The notes: generated by a model from the letters alone, not told the origin. Shown: positions 30,478 to 39,853, counted from the first letter of the stretch. The stretch is DNA of 64,000 nt from an uncultured Akkermansia sp. (GCA_947588645.1 CANPYO010000002.1:11864-75863); one strand, 5' to 3'. Numbers and translations: made by a program.

Positions 30478-30922
30478 CAAGGCAAACGCATTAGAAAATG
30501 CGTTTGCCTATGTACGATGTACGATTTTCGATGTACGATTTGGAAATAGCGCGCGCCTGCGGCGCGGGGATGCTGAGCAGAAGCAAACGGAAATTTGAAA
30601 GCCGTGTGCGGATGTGGTTAGAAAGTGATGGGAATTGCAAAGCGGGAGCAGTCGCGGTGGAAGGTGGAGGTTTCACTTCCATCTCCCATGAAACGCATTA
30701 GAAAATGCGTTTGCCTATGTACGATGTACGATTTTCGATGTACGATTTGGAAATAGCGCGCGCCCGCGGCGCGGGGATGCTGAGCAGAAGCAAACGGAAA
30801 TTTGAAAGCCGTGTGCGGATGTGGTTAGAAAGTGATGGGAATTGCAAAGCGGGAGCAGTCGCGGTGGAAGGTGGAGATTTCACTTCCATCTCCCATGAAA
30901 CGCATTAGAAAATGCGTTTGCT
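30478..30922 (+). repeat. Tandem duplication of a 207-bp MITE-related unit (2 units plus a third hairpin)
   Basis: AAACGCATTAGAAAATGCGTTTG at 30484, 30691 and 30898 (period 207); the two units differ at two positions that I could see. Confidence 0.93.
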
Positions 30923-31028
30923 ATTTATGATTTTGAAATTTTTGCCGCGAAAAAATTGGGAGTTTTTATGCTCCTTTTTTCTGTTTCATATTTCATTTTA
31001 ATTGATTAAGAAGATCTCTGGAGTGCTC

Positions 31029-31214
31029 ATCTCTTTTTGAAAGAGATGTCAAGTGAAAAGAAAAATGTTTTTTCACGGTACGTGAGTTACGAAGATTAGA
31101 AACGACTAAAATGCCACGCGTCAGGTGTGTTTTGCGTAAGTGTGTTTTATTGTATAGAGCTTAATACAAATAGTGTATGATCGCTGAAGGTGTATATCTC
31201 TTTCAAAAAGAGAT
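31029..31214. promoter_or_regulatory. Pair of 19-bp palindromic sites in inverted orientation flanking 148 bp of AT-rich leader
   Basis: ATCTCTTTTTGAAAGAGAT (31029-31047) and ATCTCTTTCAAAAAGAGAT (31196-31214) are exact reverse complements; candidate -10 TATGAT at 31176. Confidence 0.7.
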
Positions 31215-31265
31215 ATGCTGGCGCCTGATCAGGGGATCCCTGCTTCATGATTTTCTCTGTACAAC

Positions 31266-31547
31266 ATGCCTTCTCTCAAAGAAAAGATTCATTTGGAAGT
31301 GGTTATAGACGTCGCCATGGCGGTCGTACTAATCGCGTCGCTATGGGTAGGAGCAGGCTACTATCAACGTGCGGGTCGGTTGGAGAGACGGACGGATCAA
31401 ATATGCGCCCGTATCAAGAGCGTGGAACGCGAATCTGTCAGACTCGATAACAGACGATCCGGTACCAACGCGCAGGAACTGTCGCGTGAAATCGACATGT
31501 TGGAAGACAAAGTAACCGAGCTGAATGCTCTGCTCAGGGAGGAATAA
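31266..31547 (+). CDS. Cassette ORF1-A: N-anchored coiled-coil protein (93 aa)
   Basis: TM VVIDVAMAVVLIASLWVGAGYY followed by a heptad-rich tail. Confidence 0.65.
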   Translation: MPSLKEKIHLEVVIDVAMAVVLIASLWVGAGYYQRAGRLERRTDQICARIKSVERESVRLDNRRSGTNAQELSREIDMLEDKVTELNALLREE

Positions 31548-31551
31548 GCGC

Positions 31552-32295
31552 ATGAAAGAGACAATTCGAGTGGCGTTGAAAATAGCAACCGGCCTGGCCG
31601 CCGCCTGGGTTCTCTGCATGTTCGTGTTCTGCCTGTTTTCAGAGAGAACTCTGCACAGGGCAGAACTACAGCTGCAGGACGCCGCCGCACAGTTGGCCGA
31701 GGAAAAAGACGCACATGAGGAGGATAAAGCTATGGTCAAAGAGCTGCGCAAGATGAGGCTCGATCTCAAAAACGAACTGCGTGTGCTCAAAAAACAGCTT
31801 GCTCTGAAAAAGGGACTCTCGGAGGGGACAGAAATCTCCGCGGAGGAGCTTTCGGATGCCCTCTCAGAACGCGAACGTTCCGAAGCCAAGCATGACCTTT
31901 TGCACGAGAATAGGACGCTGCTGCGCAGAATTGCCGAGTCGCGTTACGCTCTCCGCTCATACAGGACTCCGCCTTGTTTGGAAACTCTCGATGATGAATA
32001 TCAGGAGAGACTGCGGAGCATTCACGGGAAATGGAGAGCGGCCGTGCAATCTCTGCTTAACGTTGCTACCCGAGGAGAGGCGGATAAGGTACTCCGCCTG
32101 CAGGAACAAGTGCGAGAACTCGCCGACTCTGCGGACGTTCTCACAGGGAACACGCAGCTCTATTTTAACCAGGCGGGACGGATAGCCGAAGTCGCCGACG
32201 AGCTTTTGAATGCCGCCACCGCTCGCCAACTTCTGCTTCGTCGATCCGAAGAGTTGGACATCCCCGTCAATCCCGAAATTTCCCCTAACCCCTGA
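31552..32295 (+). CDS. Cassette ORF2-A: N-anchored coiled-coil protein (247 aa)
   Basis: TM IATGLAAAWVLCMFVFCLF followed by long amphipathic helices. Confidence 0.7.
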   Translation: MKETIRVALKIATGLAAAWVLCMFVFCLFSERTLHRAELQLQDAAAQLAEEKDAHEEDKAMVKELRKMRLDLKNELRVLKKQLALKKGLSEGTEISAEELSDALSERERSEAKHDLLHENRTLLRRIAESRYALRSYRTPPCLETLDDEYQERLRSIHGKWRAAVQSLLNVATRGEADKVLRLQEQVRELADSADVLTGNTQLYFNQAGRIAEVADELLNAATARQLLLRRSEELDIPVNPEISPNP

Positions 32296-32301
32296 CTCCA
32301 T

Positions 32302-32556
32302 ATGGATAAATACATTAACATAGGCCTCGTCGTCATTATCATTGCTGCAATTTTAGTCGGCAGGCATTTCTATTCCCAAAAGTCAAACACGGAAATCTCC
32401 ATTGAGAACACGCAAAAGAAGATTGAAGGTATTCGAAGGGAAATCTCCTCGATCAAATCCAAGGTGAACTCCCTTGGCACCCGTCAACTTAATGCCGAGA
32501 AATCCCGCTTGGAAAGGCAACAGGAACAGCTGAAAACGGAACTCGAAAGAATCTGA
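32302..32556 (+). CDS. Cassette ORF3-A: N-anchored coiled-coil protein (84 aa)
   Basis: TM INIGLVVIIIAAILVG followed by a coiled coil. Confidence 0.7.
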   Translation: MDKYINIGLVVIIIAAILVGRHFYSQKSNTEISIENTQKKIEGIRREISSIKSKVNSLGTRQLNAEKSRLERQQEQLKTELERI

Positions 32557-32571
32557 TAACTCATAAAACAC

Positions 32572-33408
32572 ATGGACATTCTACTTAAAATTCTGGCAGT
32601 GCTGACCCTGATCTGGGGAGGCTGGATGTATTTCATAAGTTCCGATGATGAGGCAAAGCTGAGGGGAATTCGTAACGAACTCAAAGTAGCCAAGCAAGAA
32701 TTGGGCGATGCACGAGTTGCTTACGAGGAAGAGAGCAAAAAATGCGAGACTCTCGCAGGGGAGATAGATACCCTAAAGGAGAATGCTCAGGAATTGAGAA
32801 AAGAGATCACCACGAAGAGGGAGGAAAAGAAGAAACTAGCCGCTCAGGAACGTCAAGAACGACTGGAAGCAGAGAGAAAGGCGCGAGAAGAAGCCGCAGA
32901 GGCACGGAGAGAAAAATTAAGGATTCAAAAAGAAAAGGAGCAGGAGAGCAGAATGGCCTTATTGGAACGCGAAAAACAATTTGAAAAAGAGGAAGAAGAA
33001 AAAGAAAAAGCTGAGCAAGCTAAACAGGATGCCGAGTATGAGAAGGAAGAAAGGAAGGAAAGAATTCAACAATTAAAAAGAAGGATAGAAAGTTCGACTC
33101 GTGGACTGGAGAGCTATAGTTCCTGCTCGGCTTACGCTCCTCCGGGCAAAAAAGATTTCGGACAAGTTGAAAAGATGCGGCAGAATTGGACCTCATTTGT
33201 TCGAAGTTGTATTGAAGCAGTCGATAAAGGTGATTCAAAGAGGTTTGAAAGTACCGGAAAGAAACTTCTCAATACGGCGAAAGCTCTGGATAGAATTTGT
33301 GATGGTCGCTACGTAAGTGATGCTACAAATTTCGTTGCTGAAGGCAGAAAAATACTAGGGGCAAAGAAAGAGCTGCAGGAGCTGGAAAAATTGAATAAAA
33401 GCGAGTAA
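32572..33408 (+). CDS. Cassette ORF4-A: N-anchored protein with a charged E/K/R stalk and Cys-containing C-terminal domain (278 aa)
   Basis: TM ILAVLTLIWGGWMYF, TolA-like charged helix, C-terminal domain with three Cys. Confidence 0.75.
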   Translation: MDILLKILAVLTLIWGGWMYFISSDDEAKLRGIRNELKVAKQELGDARVAYEEESKKCETLAGEIDTLKENAQELRKEITTKREEKKKLAAQERQERLEAERKAREEAAEARREKLRIQKEKEQESRMALLEREKQFEKEEEEKEKAEQAKQDAEYEKEERKERIQQLKRRIESSTRGLESYSSCSAYAPPGKKDFGQVEKMRQNWTSFVRSCIEAVDKGDSKRFESTGKKLLNTAKALDRICDGRYVSDATNFVAEGRKILGAKKELQELEKLNKSE

Positions 33409-33409
33409 A

Positions 33410-33474
33410 CGGTGATATCAGTCAATAAGAGCATTTTCTCTGCTGATTGACTTCTCTCAAACGCTTTTGCCCTG
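33410..33474 (+). repeat. Right-hand fragment of the X-type MITE
   Basis: GGTGATATCAGTCAATAAG...CTCTCAAACGCTTTTGCCCTG matches about 1388-1450. Confidence 0.75.
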
Positions 33475-33475
33475 C

Positions 33476-33838
33476 CTAGGGCGCAGGGGAAAAAAATTGC
33501 CAAGCTTGGTAGGCGAGGGTAAGCCGCAGGATGAGGGCGAAAAACATGCCCCATGTGATGGCAAAGGTGGCTTTGCCTCGTGCAGTGAGACGTCGCGAGC
33601 GCACCACGCAGTAAAAAACGATGGCCTGGAGCAGCGCGGAGCAGCAGAGCGCTGCAATGGGAGAAAAATCGAGATGGATGAGGGGCAACGCCAGGGGCCA
33701 GAGAAAGGCGATGGCGCAATCCAAAATGCCATGAATGCCGCCGAGCCACGCGACAACAGCCGATGGCGCCATGACACAAAGAAAGAGCGTAATTCGCGCT
33801 ATTTTGCTGTATCTTACTTCCTGGGTGGGGATGTACAT
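33476..33838 (-). CDS. Small multi-TM hypothetical protein (~120 aa)
   Basis: Three to four hydrophobic segments; start chosen at MYIPT to avoid overlap with uvrB. Confidence 0.5.
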   Translation of the reverse strand: MYIPTQEVRYSKIARITLFLCVMAPSAVVAWLGGIHGILDCAIAFLWPLALPLIHLDFSPIAALCCSALLQAIVFYCVVRSRRLTARGKATFAITWGMFFALILRLTLAYQAWQFFSPAP

Positions 33839-33894
33839 GGGCGTGTTCGTACTATGCCTCAAAATCCCCGTGCTGTCAATGAAGGAATGAGCAG

Positions 33895-36057
33895 ATGTCA
33901 ATCTTCCGACTAGTGACGGATTACACGCCGTCCGGTGATCAGGAGCAGGCCATCGGCAAGCTCTTGAAATCGCTGCGCGCCGGGAATCGTCACCAGTGTT
34001 TGCTGGGGGTGACGGGCAGTGGCAAAACGTTCACGATGGCTAACATCATTGCCCAACAAGACAGGCCGGTGCTGGTGCTCTCGCACAACAAGACGCTCGC
34101 TGCTCAGCTCTACTCTGAATTGAAGGCTTTTTTCCCCCAGAATGCGGTAGAGTACTTTGTATCCTACTTTGATTATTACCAGCCGGAGGCCTACATTGCC
34201 AGCACCGATACGTACATCGAAAAGGACAGCGCCATCAACGAGGAAATTGACCGACTTTGCTTGAATGCGATGCGTTCTCTGCTGCTGAGGAAAGACGTCA
34301 TTGTGGTGGCGAGTGTTTCGTGCATCTACGGACTTGGTTCGCCGGAGGATTATCGCAACCTCACGCTTTCCATCGCTACCGGGCAGGAGATGAACCGGGA
34401 TGCCTTGCTGGTGTGCCTCACGGAGCTTCTTTACGAGCGCAGCGATTATGATTTTCGGCGGGGGACGTTTCGTGTCCGCGGGGATGTGGTGGAGATTTAC
34501 CCCGGTCAGAGTGATGGGGAAGCCATACGGGTGGAGTTTTTCGGAGATGAAATTGATCGTGTTTCACTCATTGATGCCGGCACGGGTCGCGTGCGCGAGA
34601 GGTTGTCGAATTATCTCTTTTTCCCGGTGAAGCAATATGTTTCGGCCCCGGAAAAGCGGGCATCGGCGATGCAGAGCATTCGCGCAGAATTAGCGGAGCG
34701 CGTGGCCTGGCTGGAATCGCAGAACAAGCTCATCGAGGCGCAGCGGCTCAAAATGCGTACGGACTATGATCTGGAGCTTATCAACGAAATCGGCTATTGC
34801 AAGGGCATCGAGAATTACTCGCGCCACCTTGCCGGGCGCGCCCCCGGCAGCACGCCTTCGACACTTCAAGACTACTTCCCGGCAGATCACCTGACGATCA
34901 TTGATGAGTCGCACGCCACAGTGCCGCAGATCGGCGGCATGTACGAGGGAGATCGCTCTCGCAAGCAGGTGCTCATCGATTACGGCTTCCGACTGCCTTC
35001 TGCACTGGACAATCGTCCTCTGCGCTTTGATGAGTTTATGGCCCGCCAAGCGCAGATCGTTTACATGAGTGCGACCCCCGGTCCTTTTGAGTATGTGAAC
35101 TGCGTGCCGGGCAATAAGAGCTTTATCCCGATTTTGAAAGCGAAGCGAGGCAACACGCATGCGCGCAGTGAGAAAGCCAGCCGAGCCATTACGCGTGCGC
35201 CGGACGATTTCCGCGGAGTCTTCTTCCACAATCTGGCAGAACTGCGCGTGCTGCCTCATCCTTCCGGCGCTTCGGTGGAGAGTTTTGATCCCACTCGCCT
35301 GGGGCAAGCCCTCATCGTGGAACAGCTGATTCGCCCCACCGGCTTGCCGGAACCCAAAATTACCATCCTTCCGCTGGAGGGACAAATCGACAAGACGATC
35401 GAGCTGTGCCACGAGCGTGTTCAGGTGCACGAACGCGTGCTGATCACCACCCTTACCAAACGCACGGCGGAGGATCTTACCGATTATTTACGGAAAGTGG
35501 ATTTGCGTGTGGAGTATATTCATGCGGATGTGGATGCCATCGAGCGTGTGGAGATTTTGCGCAAGCTGCGCAGTGGCAAGGTTGACATCCTTGTGGGCAT
35601 CAACCTGCTGCGTGAGGGACTGGATTTGCCGGAGGTTTCGCTTGTCTGCATTTTGGATGCCGATAAAGAGGGATTTCTGCGCAACGAGACCAGCCTGGTT
35701 CAGACTGCCGGCCGCGCTGCCCGCCATGTGCACGGGGAGTGCGTGCTTTTCTGCGATGTGGTTACGGACTCGATACGGGCTCTCGTGGAGGAAAGTGACC
35801 GTCGCCGTAAAATTCAGCTTGCTTACAACAAAGAGCACGGCATTGTGCCACACAGCGTGGCCCGAGCTGACCAGAGTGCATTGCGTCTCTACACTCCGGA
35901 TGAGGAGGAGGAAGTATTGGCAGCGGCAGAGGAGGATGAGACCCCCGAGGTCACCATTGCGCGCTTGGAGAAAGAAATGCGAGAGGCCGCGGCACGTCTG
36001 GATTTCGAGGTGGCTGCTGTCTTGCGCGACCGCATCAAGTCACTTCGAGGTGAGTAA
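33895..36057 (+). CDS. uvrB: Excinuclease ABC subunit B
   Basis: GVTGSGKTFTMAN, YFDYYQPEAY, IDESHATVPQ, SATPG, LREGLDLPEV and C-terminal UVR domain. Confidence 0.97.
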   Translation: MSIFRLVTDYTPSGDQEQAIGKLLKSLRAGNRHQCLLGVTGSGKTFTMANIIAQQDRPVLVLSHNKTLAAQLYSELKAFFPQNAVEYFVSYFDYYQPEAYIASTDTYIEKDSAINEEIDRLCLNAMRSLLLRKDVIVVASVSCIYGLGSPEDYRNLTLSIATGQEMNRDALLVCLTELLYERSDYDFRRGTFRVRGDVVEIYPGQSDGEAIRVEFFGDEIDRVSLIDAGTGRVRERLSNYLFFPVKQYVSAPEKRASAMQSIRAELAERVAWLESQNKLIEAQRLKMRTDYDLELINEIGYCKGIENYSRHLAGRAPGSTPSTLQDYFPADHLTIIDESHATVPQIGGMYEGDRSRKQVLIDYGFRLPSALDNRPLRFDEFMARQAQIVYMSATPGPFEYVNCVPGNKSFIPILKAKRGNTHARSEKASRAITRAPDDFRGVFFHNLAELRVLPHPSGASVESFDPTRLGQALIVEQLIRPTGLPEPKITILPLEGQIDKTIELCHERVQVHERVLITTLTKRTAEDLTDYLRKVDLRVEYIHADVDAIERVEILRKLRSGKVDILVGINLLREGLDLPEVSLVCILDADKEGFLRNETSLVQTAGRAARHVHGECVLFCDVVTDSIRALVEESDRRRKIQLAYNKEHGIVPHSVARADQSALRLYTPDEEEEVLAAAEEDETPEVTIARLEKEMREAAARLDFEVAAVLRDRIKSLRGE

Positions 36058-36230
36058 TGCAGTTGCCATGAGTCAGCAAGACGGCAAACAATTGATGATT
36101 GAGCAAGGTAGTGGAGCCGGCATGGCGTCACTCCGGAGACTTCCCCGCGCAGCGCGCGCGAATTCCTCAAATCGTACATCGTACACCGTACATCGTACAT
36201 AGGCAGACTCCGTCTGCCCCGTGCGGGGAA

Positions 36231-37289
36231 TCAGATGATGCAACGGCTGTTCGTTCGGAAATGGCGCTGACGATCCAGGCTGTACTGCAGAATCGCTTTC
36301 ATCAGTTCACCATGCGACATCCCCCACTTTTCCGCTCCCATGACGAAAGGACCGGACTTGCCGATGTAACAGCAAATGTTCATTTCGATGAGTCGTCGTG
36401 TGCCTGTCGAGGGGGCGATGCGGTAGTCCAGACGGAAATAGTCGACGGGGCCCAGTCCCCGCCATACGGTCATCACGTCCCCGCGTATCTGCTGCTGCAC
36501 CTGCTCGGGTAAATTCGCCCACTCGTAGCCCAAGTGGTCGTGCAGCTTCAAGTCACCGGTGAGGATGCCTTCTTTTTTGTCCGATCCCGGCTTCACAAAT
36601 CCCAGAATTGTCGGTTCCTCCGGACCTCCGACCACGGGCACCGTGTAGTCCGTCCCGGGACAGAATTCTTCGATGAGAGCATCGTGCCCCTGTGCATTGA
36701 GACTGCTCGCGCAGTCAACCGCCGCTTGCCAGCTGTCGGCTATGTTGGCCTCTGTGATGCAGTCAGACGCGGCGCCGAATCGTTTTTTCACGAAGAAACG
36801 TTTGACGTGGGCGAGTTGTTGCGGCGGAGCGGAGGGCGGTTCCGAAAGCTTGCTGAGCGTCACTCCCGGAGCCACGGGGAGATTCAGTCCTGTGAACGCC
36901 AGTTTCATGAGCCACTTATCCTCCGCCACGGCGCGAATATTCGGGGAAGCTCCCAAGTAGGGAATGCGCGCAAACTCACAATATGACGAGATAAAAATTT
37001 CCGGATTTTCAATGGGGATGCGATTGAGCAGTGAGAAGACGTAATCCACGTTGCCCTTTGCTTGCAGGATGGCGTATGGTTTCGAGCTGGAGTAAACTTC
37101 GCACCCGATGTCCTGAAGGAGTCGGAAAATGCTGTGGTGGTATTGCGGGTAGCCGCCATTGCCTTTGTAAGGCTTCACGCTGAAGTCAGGACCATCCGGC
37201 GCGTATGGCGCCATATACAGCACACGCAACGGCTCTCCGTGATCATTCACCAATTTCTCCGGAATTCGTGGAAATGTTTTCGGTATCAT
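36231..37289 (-). CDS. ATP-grasp ligase, D-Ala-D-Ala ligase-like but atypical
   Basis: IPYLGAS...AEDKWLMK, ALIEEFCPGTDYTV, RLDYRI and IEMN ATP-grasp elements; Ddl signature motifs are missing. Confidence 0.7.
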   Translation of the reverse strand: MIPKTFPRIPEKLVNDHGEPLRVLYMAPYAPDGPDFSVKPYKGNGGYPQYHHSIFRLLQDIGCEVYSSSKPYAILQAKGNVDYVFSLLNRIPIENPEIFISSYCEFARIPYLGASPNIRAVAEDKWLMKLAFTGLNLPVAPGVTLSKLSEPPSAPPQQLAHVKRFFVKKRFGAASDCITEANIADSWQAAVDCASSLNAQGHDALIEEFCPGTDYTVPVVGGPEEPTILGFVKPGSDKKEGILTGDLKLHDHLGYEWANLPEQVQQQIRGDVMTVWRGLGPVDYFRLDYRIAPSTGTRRLIEMNICCYIGKSGPFVMGAEKWGMSHGELMKAILQYSLDRQRHFRTNSRCII

Positions 37290-37415
37290 GGCACCTATTC
37301 TACCGACACGTCCTCCTTGGGGCAAGCCGTTAGATTTCCTTTTTGTGTCCGCAGCACACGCGCTGATTTATCCAAGGAATCGACTCGAAGTCGTTTTCCT
37401 TGCCAGCACGCTCGC

Positions 37416-38690
37416 TCAGTGAGGCACGGCGAGAGTCTGGGTGCGGTCGGGGCCAACGCCAACAGAGCCGACAGGGCAGCCGACGATTTCTCCGAACCGT
37501 TTGACATAGGATTGGCAGCTAGCCGGGAGCTGATCCCAAGATGTGCACTTCGTTGTATCTTGCATCCAGCCGGGCAGGGTTTCGTAGATGGGCACGCACT
37601 GCTCCCAATCATCGATAAGGGCAGGGGGGTATTCCAGCGTACGTTCACCCAATTTGTAGCCGGTGCAGATTTTGATTTCCCTGCAGGCATCCAGACCATC
37701 GAGGTTGGTCATGGCCATCTCATTAAAGCCGTTGAACATGGCGGAAAAGCGTAGCACCACACCATCTGCCCAACCGCAGCGACGCGGTCGGCCGGTGGTG
37801 GCGCCGAATTCGCGACCCAGCCCATGCAAGTAATCGGCAAGCTGCGCATCTTCGGAGACGAAGGGACCGGCGCCTACACGAGTGGTGTAGGCTTTGCACA
37901 CACCGATAATTTTGTGGATGCCCGTGGGCGGTACACCGGAGCCGGTACAGCAACCGCCGGCGCTGGTGTTGGAAGAGGTGACATAGGGGTAGGTGCCGAA
38001 ATCCACATCCAGCATGGCTCCTTGCGCTCCCTCAAAAAGGATGCTCTTACCGGCTCCTGCCGCGCGATTCAGGACGGGAATCGTGTCTGTGACATGCGCG
38101 CGCAGCTCGTCCGCAGCTTGCATGACGGCACGCAGGTTTTCTTGCGGATCAGAGGCGGGGTAGCCGAGACGCACCAGCTCCTCGTTGGCGGTCGCAATTC
38201 GGTCGGTGAGAACAGATTTCAAATGATCCGGGTTGACGAGATCAGCCATGCGGATACCGACGCGGCGCACCTTGTCTGCGTAAGTGGGGCCGATGCCCTG
38301 TTTTGTGGTGCCAATTTTGTGCTCGCCAAGAGCTTCCTCCTGCGCGGCATCAATTTCTTTGTGGATGGGCAGAACGACGTGGGCGCGGTCGGAGAGCATC
38401 AGATTCTGAGGAGTGATTTCCACGCCGAGACCGCGCAAATAGACCATTTCCTCTACGAGGGAAGTCGGGTTGATGACGACGCCGTTACCGATGATATTTA
38501 ACTTGCCGGGCCAGAGGATGCCGGAAGGCACGAGATGCAGCACGTATTTCTTACCGTGGGCGATGACGGTGTGACCGGCGTTGCTGCCTCCTTGGCTGCG
38601 CACCACAATATCTGCATCTTCGGTGAGAAAATCAATCACCTTGCCTTTGCCTTCATCTCCCCACTGGGAGCCAATCACGAGTGTGTTCAT
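37416..38690 (-). CDS. purA: Adenylosuccinate synthetase
   Basis: QWGDEGKGKVID, GGSNAGHT, GIGPTYADK, FEGAQG and GATTGRPRRCGW motifs. Confidence 0.98.
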   Translation of the reverse strand: MNTLVIGSQWGDEGKGKVIDFLTEDADIVVRSQGGSNAGHTVIAHGKKYVLHLVPSGILWPGKLNIIGNGVVINPTSLVEEMVYLRGLGVEITPQNLMLSDRAHVVLPIHKEIDAAQEEALGEHKIGTTKQGIGPTYADKVRRVGIRMADLVNPDHLKSVLTDRIATANEELVRLGYPASDPQENLRAVMQAADELRAHVTDTIPVLNRAAGAGKSILFEGAQGAMLDVDFGTYPYVTSSNTSAGGCCTGSGVPPTGIHKIIGVCKAYTTRVGAGPFVSEDAQLADYLHGLGREFGATTGRPRRCGWADGVVLRFSAMFNGFNEMAMTNLDGLDACREIKICTGYKLGERTLEYPPALIDDWEQCVPIYETLPGWMQDTTKCTSWDQLPASCQSYVKRFGEIVGCPVGSVGVGPDRTQTLAVPH

Positions 38691-38695
38691 AATGT

Positions 38696-39853
38696 TTAAG
38701 CTTGATATTTGCCGGCCTTGAAGTCTTCAATCAGCCCGATGAATTCGCCAAAGAAATAGGTGGCATCTTTGGGACCGGGAGCGGCTTCGGGGTGATATTG
38801 CACGCAGAAAATAGGAAGCGTTTTGTGGCGTAGTCCTTCCACTGTACCGTCGTTGAGGTTGATGTGGGTGACTTCTGCTTCCGGCGGCAGGGACTCCGGA
38901 TCCACGGCAAAACCGTGATTTTGGGATGTAATGGCTACTTTACCGGTACGCAGATCTTTGACGGGTTGATTGCCGCCGCGATGACCGAATTTCAGCTTGA
39001 AGGTACGTCCGCCAAAGGCCAGACCGAGCAGCTGGTGCCCCAGGCAGATGCCAAAAATGGGCAGCTTCCCGATGAGTTTCTGAATTTCTGCGTAAATGTC
39101 CGGCAGAGCTGAGGGGTCGCCCGGCCCATTGGAAAGGAAGACGCCGTCCGGCTGCAGGGAGAGAACTTCTTCCGCCTTGGTGTGGGCAGGCACCACTGTC
39201 ACATCAAAACCATCGCGCCGCAGGCACCGCAAGATGTTACGCTTGATCCCGAAATCGAATGCCACGATGCGGTAGCGGATGGGTGGAAGCTCAGCGTAGT
39301 TGGAGAGGTCGCCGGTGGTTTTGTTCGGTAGTTTCCAGTCGCGGGACTCATCCTCCCAGTGGTACGCCTCCGGGGTGGATACCTCGGACACGAAGTCACT
39401 TCCTGCCATGGGGGGAGAGGCTTGAGCAGCGGCCACGGCCTGCTCAGCGGTCAGTTCCGTGGTGAGACATGCCCGCTGGGCGCCTTTTGTGCGCAACAGC
39501 TTCGTGAGCTTCCGCGTGTCAATTCCTTCGATGCCCGGGATGCCGTGGCGTGCCATCCAGTCAGGCAGGGATTCGCGGCAGCGCCAGTTAGAATGCAACT
39601 GCGCCACCTCCGCAACGGCAAAGCCTCGTACTTGGGGGGCTGCCGACTCGTTGTCCTCCTCACACACACCGTAGTTGCCGATAAGCGGGTAGGTCATTGT
39701 GACGATTTGTCCGCGGTAAGAGGGGTCTGTAAGTACCTCCTGGTAACCGGTCATCGAGGTGTTGAAGCAAGCCTCACCGGTCACGGTACCGGCAGCTCCG
39801 AAGGACTTCCCCTCGAATATCGTACCGTCTTCTAGCGCAAGTATAGCTTTCAT
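38696..39853 (-). CDS. carA: Carbamoyl-phosphate synthase small subunit
   Basis: [31 protein letters not shown] and [10 protein letters not shown] motifs. Confidence 0.98.
   Translation of the reverse strand: MKAILALEDGTIFEGKSFGAAGTVTGEACFNTSMTGYQEVLTDPSYRGQIVTMTYPLIGNYGVCEEDNESAAPQVRGFAVAEVAQLHSNWRCRESLPDWMARHGIPGIEGIDTRKLTKLLRTKGAQRACLTTELTAEQAVAAAQASPPMAGSDFVSEVSTPEAYHWEDESRDWKLPNKTTGDLSNYAELPPIRYRIVAFDFGIKRNILRCLRRDGFDVTVVPAHTKAEEVLSLQPDGVFLSNGPGDPSALPDIYAEIQKLIGKLPIFGICLGHQLLGLAFGGRTFKLKFGHRGGNQPVKDLRTGKVAITSQNHGFAVDPESLPPEAEVTHINLNDGTVEGLRHKTLPIFCVQYHPEAAPGPKDATYFFGEFIGLIEDFKAGKYQA

Larger units (their letters stand above)
30861..33406 (+). repeat. Long inverted repeat, copy A (four-gene cassette)
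   Basis: Reverse-complement homology to 45700-48252; same four ORFs and the same AT-rich leader. Confidence 0.95.

Noticed and set aside
30484-30922. CRISPR-like repeat-spacer pattern (three hairpins at fixed spacing)
   Set aside because: The spacers are near-identical and about 184 bp long, and there are no cas genes; it is a tandem duplication.
30468-33484. Cassette A as a composite transposon between TIRs at 30478 and 33474
   Set aside because: The flanking 10-mers (GCACGCAGAC vs CCTAGGGCGC) do not match, and no match appears after a hypothetical inversion.
33838-33895. LexA box upstream of uvrB
   Set aside because: Only a TGTTC half-site; the Verrucomicrobia TGTTC-N4-GAACA palindrome is not completed.
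35101-35310. Intein in UvrB
   Set aside because: Too short; the internal HN is followed by L rather than C/S/T; no intein blocks.
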